Positions 28,422-38,109 of a stretch of 64,000 nucleotides of DNA are shown one piece after another. This DNA comes from an uncultured virus (IMG/VR IMGVR_UViG_3300033066_001594) (taxonomy: Duplodnaviria > Heunggongvirae > Uroviricota > Caudoviricetes), in the IMG/VR virus record IMGVR_UViG_3300033066_001594. One strand, 5' to 3'. The first letter of the stretch is position 1; each line of letters opens with the position of its first letter. The position numbers and the translations under genes are program-made. The notes beneath the pieces are model-generated. The model worked only from the letters and a program-made list of their open reading frames with translations, was not told the origin of the DNA and ran no database searches.

Positions 28422-29054
28422 ATGCCAAGAGACGTCGATGGTATTCCGGAGCGGACACCAGAGGACTTTCGAAAAGAACAAGAGGCTCGATTGGCCGAGA
28501 TCGCCAGGTTGGCCAGCGGAACCGTTCCATCCGATTTGAACAAGGTGCAGGCCAAACACGAAAAGGCTCACCAGCTCACACAGGAACGCAAAGAGCGACA
28601 ACGGGAGTACAACCGCCGGTACCGTGAACGGAACGGACCGGCCAGGTCTCGTCGCAACCGCTGGTACGTCCGGATCTCGGACAACAAACCCTTCGAATCC
28701 ATCCGTGCGGTCCAGGCCGAGCATTCGAAGTACAACTATGACCACGTGCGTACCAAGATCATGCGTGGCCTGCCGATCGACAACGAGACCTATCGACCGG
28801 CTACGGACGACGAGGCCACGAAATTCCGGGTCGACTCCTGGGCCAAGCAATACCAGACGGACAAACCTGTACCGCCTGTCGTCCCCCAGCCCGAGACAAC
28901 AGCCAAGCTGGTGGAACTGACAGACACGCCGACGCAGACTATTTCAGAACAACTGACCGCCATTACGACGCAGCCGGGGCGGCTGCGTGTGATCTACATC
29001 GAGGGAACGGGACCGGACGTGTCACAGCTGGTGCGTCAAATCCTGTCTACCTGA
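28422..29054 (+). CDS. basic putative DNA-binding protein
   Basis: Arg-rich REYNRRYRERN segment. Confidence 0.6.
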   Translation: MPRDVDGIPERTPEDFRKEQEARLAEIARLASGTVPSDLNKVQAKHEKAHQLTQERKERQREYNRRYRERNGPARSRRNRWYVRISDNKPFESIRAVQAEHSKYNYDHVRTKIMRGLPIDNETYRPATDDEATKFRVDSWAKQYQTDKPVPPVVPQPETTAKLVELTDTPTQTISEQLTAITTQPGRLRVIYIEGTGPDVSQLVRQILST

Positions 29055-29082
29055 TCGCCACACTCAATCCCCCGCTTTAAGG

Positions 29083-29115
29083 ACCGGGCCTCTCTTGAGG
29101 CCCGGTTTCTTTTTT
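29083..29115 (+). terminator. intrinsic terminator
   Basis: ACCGGGCCTC-TCTT-GAGGCCCGGT + TTCTTTTTT. Confidence 0.75.
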
Positions 29116-29523
29116 ATGCTCATTTCAACGCTGATCGCCGTCATCAAGAAACAGCACCAGGACAATCGAGGACAGCCGGAGTTTATCCGGGGCCAGCGGA
29201 TCTACCGAGGCTTCTGGTCGACTGAACGGTATGTCGTTGACTTTGCAGACGACAGGGCCGGCTGGTTACAGTTTGACACCAACCAGGACGCTTCCTACTT
29301 TGGCGTGTGGGTCAACCGCCGTACTTTGCAGAGTCTGTCCTACGCCGAGGGCGACTGGTCGTTGACCGAGTTTGATTCTGTTCTGAGTTTCAATGAAGAG
29401 CTGGATACCATGTGCTCGTTTTACGACGAGGGTTATGCTTTCAAGTCCATCGACTTTGACACGAAGACGATCACGACACACCGCCAGGACCGTTTAGAGT
29501 TCTACATTCCACTGGGAGTGTGA
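29116..29523 (+). CDS. hypothetical phage protein
   Basis: GWLQFDTNQDASYFGVWVN...YAEGD. Confidence 0.65.
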   Translation: MLISTLIAVIKKQHQDNRGQPEFIRGQRIYRGFWSTERYVVDFADDRAGWLQFDTNQDASYFGVWVNRRTLQSLSYAEGDWSLTEFDSVLSFNEELDTMCSFYDEGYAFKSIDFDTKTITTHRQDRLEFYIPLGV

Positions 29524-29825
29524 TGTTTCACTATCAGCACCCGAAGTTCAAAGTAGTGTTCCACCTCCCGTCGTGGTACGTCGGCATTCCGAAGGCCGGA
29601 CGTGGGTTTGTGTTCGAACGCCAGGATTACGTCTATGTCCGCAAGTCCATCATCAAGGACCGTGTCATCGTTTTCTGCCCTAAGCTGAAGAAGGTGATGC
29701 TCGCCCCGGTCGACGAGCTTCGCAAGCAGGTGGAGATCAAGCGGCGAAACGTTCGTGTCGAGTACCAGCCCCAGATCGAACGTCAGTTCCAGGTTGCTAT
29801 CGCCGTGGGAGGCTACCAGCCATGA
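29520..29825 (+). CDS. hypothetical phage protein
   Basis: GTGA-coupled. Confidence 0.55.
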   Translation: MMFHYQHPKFKVVFHLPSWYVGIPKAGRGFVFERQDYVYVRKSIIKDRVIVFCPKLKKVMLAPVDELRKQVEIKRRNVRVEYQPQIERQFQVAIAVGGYQP

Positions 29826-30325
29826 GTGTCAGCGACGACATCACTGAAGGTCGTGTCTGTGGGCTGTGCCATCTCAGACTAGCCGAGAAGACAGGACATT
29901 ACACCGTCTGTACGGCGTGTGGCGGTGACGCTGAACTTACCGGCGAAACCGGCGGCGACTTCGACGAACTACTCTGCGACGAGGGGAAGATGTTCCAGTA
30001 CGCACAGGAGCTTGGCATCACTTGCGGCTTGAACGTGCTGTGTCACACGCCGTGGCACTACCAGCTGCGGGACAAGGATACGAACACGATCATCGACTTC
30101 TGGCCGACCAAGCTCAACGTTCGCGTCGGCACACAAAGCACGATCAAGGGACTGAACAGCCGGTTCGACACCATCTGTGATGAAGATGTGCCGACACTGC
30201 TGTCACTGGTCCAGCTTCTCGTTCAGCTGAAGACAGACCATGTCAAACACCATGAAAGCAAGACCGAAGATATCGACTCGGTTCAGGATTCTTCGATGGC
30301 TGGAGATGACACTTCCCCGTTCTAA
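29822..30325 (+). CDS. Zn-finger hypothetical protein
   Basis: MS..DD..EG..C..C...C..C; IIDFWPTK. Confidence 0.6.
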   Translation: MSVSDDITEGRVCGLCHLRLAEKTGHYTVCTACGGDAELTGETGGDFDELLCDEGKMFQYAQELGITCGLNVLCHTPWHYQLRDKDTNTIIDFWPTKLNVRVGTQSTIKGLNSRFDTICDEDVPTLLSLVQLLVQLKTDHVKHHESKTEDIDSVQDSSMAGDDTSPF

Positions 30326-31154
30326 GGCGGGGAGACTGGCATTGATCAACGAGCATGGCGTGCGATCGGACGGTCGCGGCGTGTCGTTCGCGATCAACGT
30401 GAAGGTCAGGAGGTTTCTCAAGCCCAAGGGTTGGGAGGATGTCGACCTGTACGCACCGCTGAATCGTGAGGACATGTGGCAGGCCATCGGGTTCGAAGAC
30501 GTTGTTCATGAATTCGAAAACCAGTGCCCACTCAACCTATCGATAGGCACCGCCGGCCGATCGAACGGCTACCTGACGCTGGTCAGCGTGAGTTGGTATA
30601 GAAGTCCGAATCGATCGTACTGTCCCCGCTGCAACACGCCGTCGACTGTCGAAGTGCTGACGGACGAGATACCTGACATTAACTCTTGCAGACAGGACGC
30701 CGTCGATTGGCTTTACTTTGCAGGCGTCAGGCTCTCAACGACAGGGCATCTCGAACTTGTGACAGAAGGTAAGCACAAGGACCGTATTAACTCCATGGTG
30801 ACTCGTCTGGAGCTGACACGGATGGAATACGGTAGAAACGAGCTCAAAGATCGGTACGAGGCGACCCGGTCAGCAGTATCGAACGGGTACATGTCACCTC
30901 GGTCGTTTGACGCCATGTGCACCGTGTGCAGAAAGCCGACACGGGTCAACTACGAGACGATACCGACGGTTCCCGTCTACCGGGACTTCAAGGTCGATCG
31001 CGACAACAGAGTTCTTGATCTTGAAGACACGGTAGCGGTCACCAAACTGGCCAAGTCGCTTGTCCTGTTCAACCGTGCAGCCAACCAGCTGGCCCGCAAC
31101 TTTCTGGAGCTTGCTGCTGAAATCCAGGACGTAGATCCTGAAGACGAACCATAA
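30252..31154 (+). CDS. hypothetical protein with a split Zn ribbon
   Basis: GRSNGYL, SYCPRC...CTVC...RVNY. Confidence 0.65.
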   Translation: MKARPKISTRFRILRWLEMTLPRSKAGRLALINEHGVRSDGRGVSFAINVKVRRFLKPKGWEDVDLYAPLNREDMWQAIGFEDVVHEFENQCPLNLSIGTAGRSNGYLTLVSVSWYRSPNRSYCPRCNTPSTVEVLTDEIPDINSCRQDAVDWLYFAGVRLSTTGHLELVTEGKHKDRINSMVTRLELTRMEYGRNELKDRYEATRSAVSNGYMSPRSFDAMCTVCRKPTRVNYETIPTVPVYRDFKVDRDNRVLDLEDTVAVTKLAKSLVLFNRAANQLARNFLELAAEIQDVDPEDEP

Positions 31155-31157
31155 CCT

Positions 31158-31171
31158 TCCAACGCGTTGGA
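31158..31171. promoter_or_regulatory. palindromic site, copy 4 (TCCAACGCGTTGGA)
   Basis: Exact core between the stop at 31154 and ATG 31182. Confidence 0.6.
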
Positions 31172-31181
31172 CAATCACACC

Positions 31182-31436
31182 ATGGATGATGCTGATGTTG
31201 AATACCTGAGCCGCTATGTCGAAACGTCGCGACTCATTCCGGAGGTCGAAGTCTGGTGGGTCCGAGAAGACAGGATAATGTTTCGCGTGACGAAGGTGGG
31301 TAAGCACGCGGACGAGCCGTCGGCCTGTGCAATACTCGACAACGGCACATACGTCGCCCTGTACAACGTGTCGGACCTGGACGAGTTTCGAATCGTGATC
31401 CGTGTCAACCAGTGGCCCAGCCAGAGGAAGGACTGA
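31182..31436 (+). CDS. hypothetical phage protein
   Basis: Tiling ORF. Confidence 0.55.
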   Translation: MDDADVEYLSRYVETSRLIPEVEVWWVREDRIMFRVTKVGKHADEPSACAILDNGTYVALYNVSDLDEFRIVIRVNQWPSQRKD

Positions 31437-32590
31437 TGCAGTTTTACGAAGCCCGAGACGACTACAAGGCGTCACTGGTCCTTAACTCAATGGTTAAGGA
31501 CTACACGGTGAAGACGAAGATCGAGCATTTCAAGAGGATGAAGCAGCTTCACTTTGCTGAACTGCTCAGCCAGGAGCAACAGCGAGGACGTGGCAGCGAG
31601 ATGACACGGCTCGCGTTTAACCAGTACTCCGCGTTCCTGGCGTTCGAAAAACTGGGCCGACCCTATCTCAAGGTGTACCCGCAGATGGCCGGCCTCATGT
31701 GCCGCACGCGGATCGATATCCCGGAGGATCACCTGAAACTGCCGTTCGATGCGTTCGAGATACGGATGCCCATGACCGGCAGTCCGCTGGTCGACGACCC
31801 GAAGCACCCGCTGCGTGCGATCATAGTTGCCGAACAGATGGCCGCGGTAGGGGATGACTCGGCTCATCGGCTGGTTTACGGCACGCACACGACGGTTCGA
31901 ACGATGTACCTGTTCATGGACTTTGGTGAGTCGGTACGCATGCCTACCGACGTCACGGACAAAGATGTTGAGGTTCCGGTCTACAACTTCCTGAACCTGA
32001 TCTTCTACCCGGGCGAGACCGTCGTCCAGGCGATGGACAGGGCCCGGTCGAAAATCCAGCCAACTGATGGCTACCAGCCCAGTGCCCAACTGCTCGATGG
32101 CATCCTGTCGATGACCGTGGCATCTACGTTCTTCATGAACCGTCAGCACTCGATGATCATGCCGGACATCCACCCGCGGTTTAAGCAGCGGTGGGAGAAG
32201 GCCCAGAAGACAGGGGACAGTCGGGAGACCGAACAGATCCGTCAGAACTGCAAGAAGCTCAACCACTACGGCTGGAACCTGAAGAGCAACGAGATCGAGC
32301 TGCCGCGTCCCGTGTACGAGACACCGGCCGACGCGACGTCCGCGAGCCGCGAGGAACGAGGCCGTCGGTTCGAGCTTCGGTTCTCACAGCTGCGTTCGGG
32401 TCATCTGCGGATGCAGCCCTACGGACCCAAGGACGCTCCGACGCACCACGAAGTCATCTTCATCCCACCGACACAGGTCCGACCCGACCTGCCGACGCGG
32501 CCCCATCCGGGGTTTGTACTCAAAGACAATCTCAGAGGTATCCATGGCAACGACGCCAATCGATCCGAAGGCACAGAAGCTGGCCATTGA
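31436..32590 (+). CDS. hypothetical protein with a C-terminal R.GH.R.QPYGP...I.P..V motif (AcrVA2-like tail)
   Basis: LRSGHLRMQPYGP...VIFIPPTQV. Confidence 0.55.
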   Translation: MQFYEARDDYKASLVLNSMVKDYTVKTKIEHFKRMKQLHFAELLSQEQQRGRGSEMTRLAFNQYSAFLAFEKLGRPYLKVYPQMAGLMCRTRIDIPEDHLKLPFDAFEIRMPMTGSPLVDDPKHPLRAIIVAEQMAAVGDDSAHRLVYGTHTTVRTMYLFMDFGESVRMPTDVTDKDVEVPVYNFLNLIFYPGETVVQAMDRARSKIQPTDGYQPSAQLLDGILSMTVASTFFMNRQHSMIMPDIHPRFKQRWEKAQKTGDSRETEQIRQNCKKLNHYGWNLKSNEIELPRPVYETPADATSASREERGRRFELRFSQLRSGHLRMQPYGPKDAPTHHEVIFIPPTQVRPDLPTRPHPGFVLKDNLRGIHGNDANRSEGTEAGH

Positions 32591-33467
32591 GGTCAGCGAT
32601 TACTACCGGAAGTTCTATCCCAAGGGGATCATCCCGATCGTCCTGGGCGACGGCAGTCAGACGTGGTCGGGCATGAGCTACACGGTGACGCAAGGGCCCG
32701 TCAAGACCACGCGTCTCTACTGTGCCGGCCAGATCAAGGACGCCCGCATGCTGTACCACCTACCCGACTCTGACCTGGAGTGGTATGCGAGTAACACGCT
32801 CAAGGAGAACATCACGCCGGACCGAAAGGAGTACCACCCGTTCGGTCCGTCCTTCCAGCTGTCTTCGCTGGAGAGGCCGACGACTGAAAACGGACAGGCG
32901 TGGTACGAGGAGAACTACCACGACGGCTACTGGACCCGGAAGCTGCTGACGCTGCACCGCTATCACGCCAGGGACGCCCGGTGGGGAGAGATCAAGCCCA
33001 TGGATCTCAAGCGGGCCTGGCCCTATGAGAAGGTGGAGGCTGATCCAGGTCACTCGTGGGTCCAGCTCTCGTCGTCCAGGTTCCCGACCTCCGTGTATAT
33101 CAAGGAGAGCTACGACAAGGCTGTGGACACGCTAAGAGAGTGGGACCCGACGATCGTCAACTGGGTGATCGCCGCGTACGGGACGTACCCGCCCAGTCGA
33201 CACGGGGCTGCCGTGCACCCGCTCGAACTGTTCAGCTGGCTGCCCCGGAGGTCGTGGCCGACGCTTAAGACCGCGTTGAACCGCGAAGGTACGCTGGGCT
33301 TGGTGCTCTACCTGAACAGGGAGTTGAACTCGGCTCGAGGTCCTGAGCCGGCGGTCTACCCGTTCGGCCCGGCGTGGACGATGAAGGACGAGAATGGGAT
33401 CGTCGAACAGGTCGGGACCCAGCCAAGCAATTTCAAATATAGAGAGGCCTTCTGTTGGAAGACCTGA
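32544..33467 (+). CDS. hypothetical phage protein
   Basis: GAGG RBS; 307 aa. Confidence 0.65.
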   Translation: MATTPIDPKAQKLAIEVSDYYRKFYPKGIIPIVLGDGSQTWSGMSYTVTQGPVKTTRLYCAGQIKDARMLYHLPDSDLEWYASNTLKENITPDRKEYHPFGPSFQLSSLERPTTENGQAWYEENYHDGYWTRKLLTLHRYHARDARWGEIKPMDLKRAWPYEKVEADPGHSWVQLSSSRFPTSVYIKESYDKAVDTLREWDPTIVNWVIAAYGTYPPSRHGAAVHPLELFSWLPRRSWPTLKTALNREGTLGLVLYLNRELNSARGPEPAVYPFGPAWTMKDENGIVEQVGTQPSNFKYREAFCWKT

Positions 33468-34009
33468 AATACGTTTTCATGACGTGCGGTTTCGCACTCA
33501 GAGACCATCGGGTATCACGTGAATATTACAGGCGGTTTACCAGGTACACGTTCGGGCGGTTTGCACTCACGGCAGTCTCAGTCTTCGTGAAGAAGTGGGA
33601 GAGTCTGAAACTTAGCGACTTCGAAGGCCACGACTTTTATGGCATGTTCTGCCTGTACATGGAGGCGGTGTACGGGATGCTGCCCATCGCACAGGATTCT
33701 GCGACGGTCCTGAGGGAGGGTTTCTACACACCGATCGCCGGAGCTGTTTTGGACGTGACTTGGTACACCGAGAACGCGTACGTGATCACGAAGCTCCAGG
33801 ACAAAAAGATGTACGTGCTCTATGACGACGGGAAGTTCCGGCGATCCCGGTTCAATCGACGTAACGACTACCTGACGTTTCCGGATGAGGGGATGGCTGA
33901 CGCTCATTTGTACAACATCCGAAAGAGACTCATGAAGTACGGTCACAAACCTGTGTACCCGTACCGGCTGGAAATCACCTCGACAAGCCCAGGGCTATTT
34001 TATGTTTGA
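33455..34009 (+). CDS. hypothetical phage protein
   Basis: Tiling ORF. Confidence 0.6.
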   Translation: MEDLKYVFMTCGFALRDHRVSREYYRRFTRYTFGRFALTAVSVFVKKWESLKLSDFEGHDFYGMFCLYMEAVYGMLPIAQDSATVLREGFYTPIAGAVLDVTWYTENAYVITKLQDKKMYVLYDDGKFRRSRFNRRNDYLTFPDEGMADAHLYNIRKRLMKYGHKPVYPYRLEITSTSPGLFYV

Positions 34010-34595
34010 CTTCACGTGCAAGCTGCCCTGGAGTGACCTGCTTTTTCTCACGGTCCCTAAGTCATCCACCAGCAAAACGTACGTGAACACTTTCGGAACG
34101 GCTGGCCTTATTATGAAGCCCGACATAGTGGCCAGTTGTTCAAATTATTTCTGGTGGCTGCACGGACAGCGTACAGCCGGGAATGTGCTATTTGCCGAGG
34201 TCCTTGCGGATGCACTGTTGCGGTTCTTCGATGAGCAGTCACGTCTGGCACCCCGGCTCGAGAACCACCCGAAGTTCGCGGCATCAATCAAACTGCTGAC
34301 ACACGGAACGTTCTTCGAAGGGCTTCATTTCACACAGTTCAACGCCGAGGTAATTCAAACCGAGGACACCGCCCTGGATGACTGTCTTCTTTGCAGTAAC
34401 ACAGGGCTACACGGGACCGAAAACTTGCATTCACCTTACATAGGGACGTCGAGCAAACGGAACTTCGTGGTGTACCGTCGTGCCCAGTTCGGCATGTTCA
34501 CGTACAGCGGTCCGGGCCGTACGGACTGCACGCTGGAAAGTGCGTTATCTTTACGCGTAGCCAGTCCACTTCGGCTCTGGCACATTAACACTTGA
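34002..34595 (+). CDS. hypothetical phage protein
   Basis: Tiling ORF. Confidence 0.55.
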   Translation: MFDFTCKLPWSDLLFLTVPKSSTSKTYVNTFGTAGLIMKPDIVASCSNYFWWLHGQRTAGNVLFAEVLADALLRFFDEQSRLAPRLENHPKFAASIKLLTHGTFFEGLHFTQFNAEVIQTEDTALDDCLLCSNTGLHGTENLHSPYIGTSSKRNFVVYRRAQFGMFTYSGPGRTDCTLESALSLRVASPLRLWHINT

Positions 34596-34608
34596 AGGGA
34601 GTTAACAC

Positions 34609-34815
34609 ATGACAGCCTCATGGCCGCAAGAACGGGATCCACTGGTAGAGATCAAGGAAGACGTGTTTGGTGTTGAAGACCCGGAGAACGACGATCTCGA
34701 AGATGAAGACGAGGACGAGATCGATGACGACGATGACGATCTCGATGATGACGAGGAGTTTGAAGAGGACTTCGACGACGATGACGAAGAAGACGACGAC
34801 GATTTCGACGACTGA
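34609..34815 (+). CDS. extremely acidic small protein
   Basis: GGAG RBS; C-terminal two thirds almost all Asp/Glu. Confidence 0.6.
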   Translation: MTASWPQERDPLVEIKEDVFGVEDPENDDLEDEDEDEIDDDDDDLDDDEEFEEDFDDDDEEDDDDFDD

Positions 34816-34821
34816 GTTTGA

Positions 34822-34870
34822 CCAACAAAAAGACCCTGCCATTTCTGACAGGGTCTTTCTGCTTTGTTGG
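34822..34870. terminator. bidirectional terminator between converging genes
   Basis: AAAGACCCTG/CAGGGTCTTT stem extended by CCAACAAA/TTTGTTGG. Confidence 0.7.
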
Positions 34871-34873
34871 ACC

Positions 34874-36040
34874 TCAGGGCCTTGTTGTCGGCGTGACGTT
34901 CTTTGGATACACGCGGTCAAAGTATTTAAAAGCGACGTCCATCGTCTCGTTTTGAATCGCAGCGTCGGTCATGTCGCCCCAGACAATGACGCCGTCGACA
35001 CCTGAGTCTGCCAGCTCTTTCATGAACGCGTCCCAGCGGACCAGCGGCATCACGCCCGTCGGGTTGTTCGGGGATGGTCCCAGCTGCATGCCACGCCAGA
35101 CGTAGGGGTACACCGGTTTGTCACCGGCAATTCGCTTAGCCTCTCGCACCATCCACTTGATCAACGCTTTGTCGTGGGCAATGTCCCACGAGTGGTTGTC
35201 GCCATCGTCCTGTGGCACGTCACTCACGACGTAGATGCTCGGTGCCAGGTAGTTGACGGCGTCGACCAGCCCGCCACGCCAGTCGATCGTCCCATCGTCC
35301 CGGTAGCCGTAGGTCATGCGGTCGGTCGCCCGCCGCCAGTTGTTGAACTGGATCAGGCGGTTGGGAAACAGGCTTCGCCAGTAGGCCGCGGAGATGCCGT
35401 CGAACGTCGGCTGTGTCGTGTTGTTCGCCTGGATGGAGTACTCGAAGTCGACGCACAGATAGGGCATCTCTTCCGGGGTCAGGGCGTAGACGCCGATTTG
35501 GACTGTCGGAGCCTCTTCCCGGATGATCCGGATCTGTCGGCGGAGCTGGCGGATGTTCTCCTCGACCACGCGGTTGTCGGACAGTGTCCCGTCCCAGTAA
35601 CAGTCCAGGTTCTCGATGTCCAGGTTGAGCAGGGCACCCGGGCGGAGCTGCCGGGCGAACTGGCGGAGTTTGGCCTCATTGATCTCCAGCCGGGGGCCGT
35701 GGTAGCCGCCGACGAAGTACGAGTCTTCCACCAGCGGGAGGTTCGGGTAGTTCAGGTTGAAGCGACCGCCGCCCTCTGTCTTGATGGCCAGGGCACCCGG
35801 GTAGGGGTTCCAGGCGTAGTAGGTGTTGGGCGGTGCGTTCAGGATGTGCGTCGAATCAAACACTGGCCGGATCTTGGGCGGAATGACCACACCGACAGTC
35901 GCGTTCTGCGTGGACGGGAACGATCCGCCTGTGATGACCTGGGGCGGTTCCGTGTTCGGGTAGGTCTGTGCCGGCTCGGGAACGGCACCCAGGCACAGTA
36001 GAATGCCGGTCAGGGCAAGGGCTTGAAAGCTCCGTTTCAT
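34874..36040 (-). CDS. secreted TIM-barrel glycoside hydrolase (GH56/hyaluronidase-like motifs)
   Basis: AAGGAG RBS; signal peptide MKRSFQALALTGILLCLGA; LDIE, LAPSIY, KPVYPYVW, GVDGVIVWG. Confidence 0.6.
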   Translation of the reverse strand: MKRSFQALALTGILLCLGAVPEPAQTYPNTEPPQVITGGSFPSTQNATVGVVIPPKIRPVFDSTHILNAPPNTYYAWNPYPGALAIKTEGGGRFNLNYPNLPLVEDSYFVGGYHGPRLEINEAKLRQFARQLRPGALLNLDIENLDCYWDGTLSDNRVVEENIRQLRRQIRIIREEAPTVQIGVYALTPEEMPYLCVDFEYSIQANNTTQPTFDGISAAYWRSLFPNRLIQFNNWRRATDRMTYGYRDDGTIDWRGGLVDAVNYLAPSIYVVSDVPQDDGDNHSWDIAHDKALIKWMVREAKRIAGDKPVYPYVWRGMQLGPSPNNPTGVMPLVRWDAFMKELADSGVDGVIVWGDMTDAAIQNETMDVAFKYFDRVYPKNVTPTTRP

Positions 36041-36093
36041 AGGCTGTCTCCTTAAGATCAAGAGGTAAATCGAACTTCTCTAAGGTAACTCAA

Positions 36094-36525
36094 ATGCCGC
36101 GTCGAAAACGAAAAGCCGACAACCGGACGCGTCCGGACGGGTTGCATGAGCTCCACTCAGTGGAAATTATCGTTAACAGCGGCCTGTACACGCTGTGTGA
36201 CGTAGAGGTCGGCATGCTGCGGTCCAACCCGGTCGTCTCACGGCTCCTGGAAGAGATGAACAACTCCTCTCAGTACTTCGACCACTGGTTCAGAGAGACG
36301 GCCGTGCATCTCACTTCAGAAGTAAAATTTTCACCCGTGCTGTGGGCTCTGTACCCCTCGAACCGTGGTGGACCAAAGGACCCGGCAACTGTGTTCTCAC
36401 CCCTGCTGGAGTGTGAGGCCGTCCGATGTGCGATCGCACGCGTGACCGCGTTTCTTAGGCTGTGGAAGCCGGTATCGATGTCGAATGACGAGTACGCCAA
36501 CCGGCTGTACCTCAGGTTCATTTAA
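36094..36525 (+). CDS. hypothetical phage protein
   Basis: TAAGG RBS. Confidence 0.55.
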   Translation: MPRRKRKADNRTRPDGLHELHSVEIIVNSGLYTLCDVEVGMLRSNPVVSRLLEEMNNSSQYFDHWFRETAVHLTSEVKFSPVLWALYPSNRGGPKDPATVFSPLLECEAVRCAIARVTAFLRLWKPVSMSNDEYANRLYLRFI

Positions 36526-36670
36526 TTGCTGTACTGTAGAAATACGGAAACGGGCACCTGCGTTCTTGTTGCCTGAGCCCCGATACCGTCTAGGATTTTC
36601 CCCTACAGCGACACTTCGCCGCAACGAATTCTCGTAACATAAAGCGGAGGATCAGTTCTTAGGAGTTGCA

Positions 36671-37258
36671 ATGACCATTCAATCGACGATCGGTTCTCTG
36701 AAAAGCCCGTCCGCGTTTGTTCAAAAGCTCATGACGTCATTGGCATCTTCCACTGCCAACACGCCGCTGATCGAGCGGGTCGTACAGCTGGCACTGAAAG
36801 TGATTGATGTTCAAGCCCGCCACAAATCCGGGGTCAACGCCATTGACGAGACGCTGCAGGCTCTCAACGGGGCCATGGTCAGACTCACGGCAATGAAGTC
36901 GGAACTCCGAGAGCGGGTGTTGCTGGACATGGCGAGTCGTCAGCAGTTGACACACTACCGCGACGACGGCACCGTCCAGGTGCTTGATCTGAACGACGGC
37001 CGACACCAGACCTATTCGAACATCGGTGACGTCGTCAGCCGCTGTGAAGGCGAATCCAGCCTGAACGAGCCGGTCATCCTGCAGTTCAGCCCAGGTCAAC
37101 TGGTGCTGACGTCCGACTTCCGGCTGGGACGCGTGCTCGTCGAGACCAACGAAGATATTTACGAGCTGGACCTTGGCAACGGCAAGCATCAGGCGTACTC
37201 GGCCCGCGATCTGGTCCAGCTCGACGATGCCGACGGCAACGCCTTGATCTTCCACTAA
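36671..37258 (+). CDS. hypothetical phage protein
   Basis: AGGAG RBS; internal repeat LDLNDGRHQTYS / LDLGNGKHQAYS. Confidence 0.65.
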   Translation: MTIQSTIGSLKSPSAFVQKLMTSLASSTANTPLIERVVQLALKVIDVQARHKSGVNAIDETLQALNGAMVRLTAMKSELRERVLLDMASRQQLTHYRDDGTVQVLDLNDGRHQTYSNIGDVVSRCEGESSLNEPVILQFSPGQLVLTSDFRLGRVLVETNEDIYELDLGNGKHQAYSARDLVQLDDADGNALIFH

Positions 37259-37285
37259 CCGATCCCTCCCTACCCAGTGTGACGA

Positions 37286-37327
37286 GAGGCCCTCGATGCG
37301 TCCAACATCGAGGGCCTCGTTCTTGTT
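37286..37327 (+). terminator. terminator-like hairpin
   Basis: GAGGCCCTCGATG-7nt-CATCGAGGGCCTC + GTTCTTGTT. Confidence 0.6.
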
Positions 37328-38107
37328 ATGCCTAACTCAAGCTTTGTCATCGCCGGATTTGGTAAACAGTACAACGGCGTGCCGCGACTCAACGTGCTGC
37401 ACCACGCTTCGACGGGCAGGCCGATCGTCTTCGGCCGTGAACTGGATCTGCGATTCACCATGCTGCCAGTCGTGAGCGACATGGCTGCGACATACAAGGT
37501 GAACGGTGACTACCTGACACGCGTTTATGTCTCGCCGCTGTGCAAGGCGTCGACTCCAGAGACGATCAGTCTGAGTCCCAGCTGGTCTCGGTCTCTTAAC
37601 AGCTCTATTCGAGCCATACCCATGAAGGCGTATCAGTTGCCGACTGTCATCCAATGTGAACTGGACAGCATCAGGCTGAGGTGGAACTGCCACGGCTGGT
37701 TGCCAAAGGCTAACCCCGGGACGCGTGTTTACGGTCTTCCGTTCGTTGAAGAATCCGCCGTCGACGTACTTCGGTACCAGACCCAGAATGGGGTTGAGGT
37801 GAACTCGGTGTCTCTCATTGACGGTATGGAAGTAGTACTCAACGCAGGGAAATCCGAGCTGCACTTTCGGTTCGAACCCAACAACCACGTCATGATGTTT
37901 TCCATGCGGCTTTACCATCGCATGCTCCGGTATGTGCTGAGCGACGCGTGGAGCGTATCCCACTGGATCGGAGACACTGTGCTCACTGTCACAGTCACTA
38001 CGCCGGCCGAGGCTTGTATAGCTCCGGCACTGCACGTGATTCGTCACTTTGGTCCGATGCTGCAATCGACTGCAGTGCAGAATTTCGAATGTCTTTATAG
38101 GAGATAA
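37328..38107 (+). CDS. hypothetical phage protein
   Basis: 259-aa tiling ORF. Confidence 0.55.
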   Translation: MPNSSFVIAGFGKQYNGVPRLNVLHHASTGRPIVFGRELDLRFTMLPVVSDMAATYKVNGDYLTRVYVSPLCKASTPETISLSPSWSRSLNSSIRAIPMKAYQLPTVIQCELDSIRLRWNCHGWLPKANPGTRVYGLPFVEESAVDVLRYQTQNGVEVNSVSLIDGMEVVLNAGKSELHFRFEPNNHVMMFSMRLYHRMLRYVLSDAWSVSHWIGDTVLTVTVTTPAEACIAPALHVIRHFGPMLQSTAVQNFECLYRR

Positions 38108-38109
38108 CC

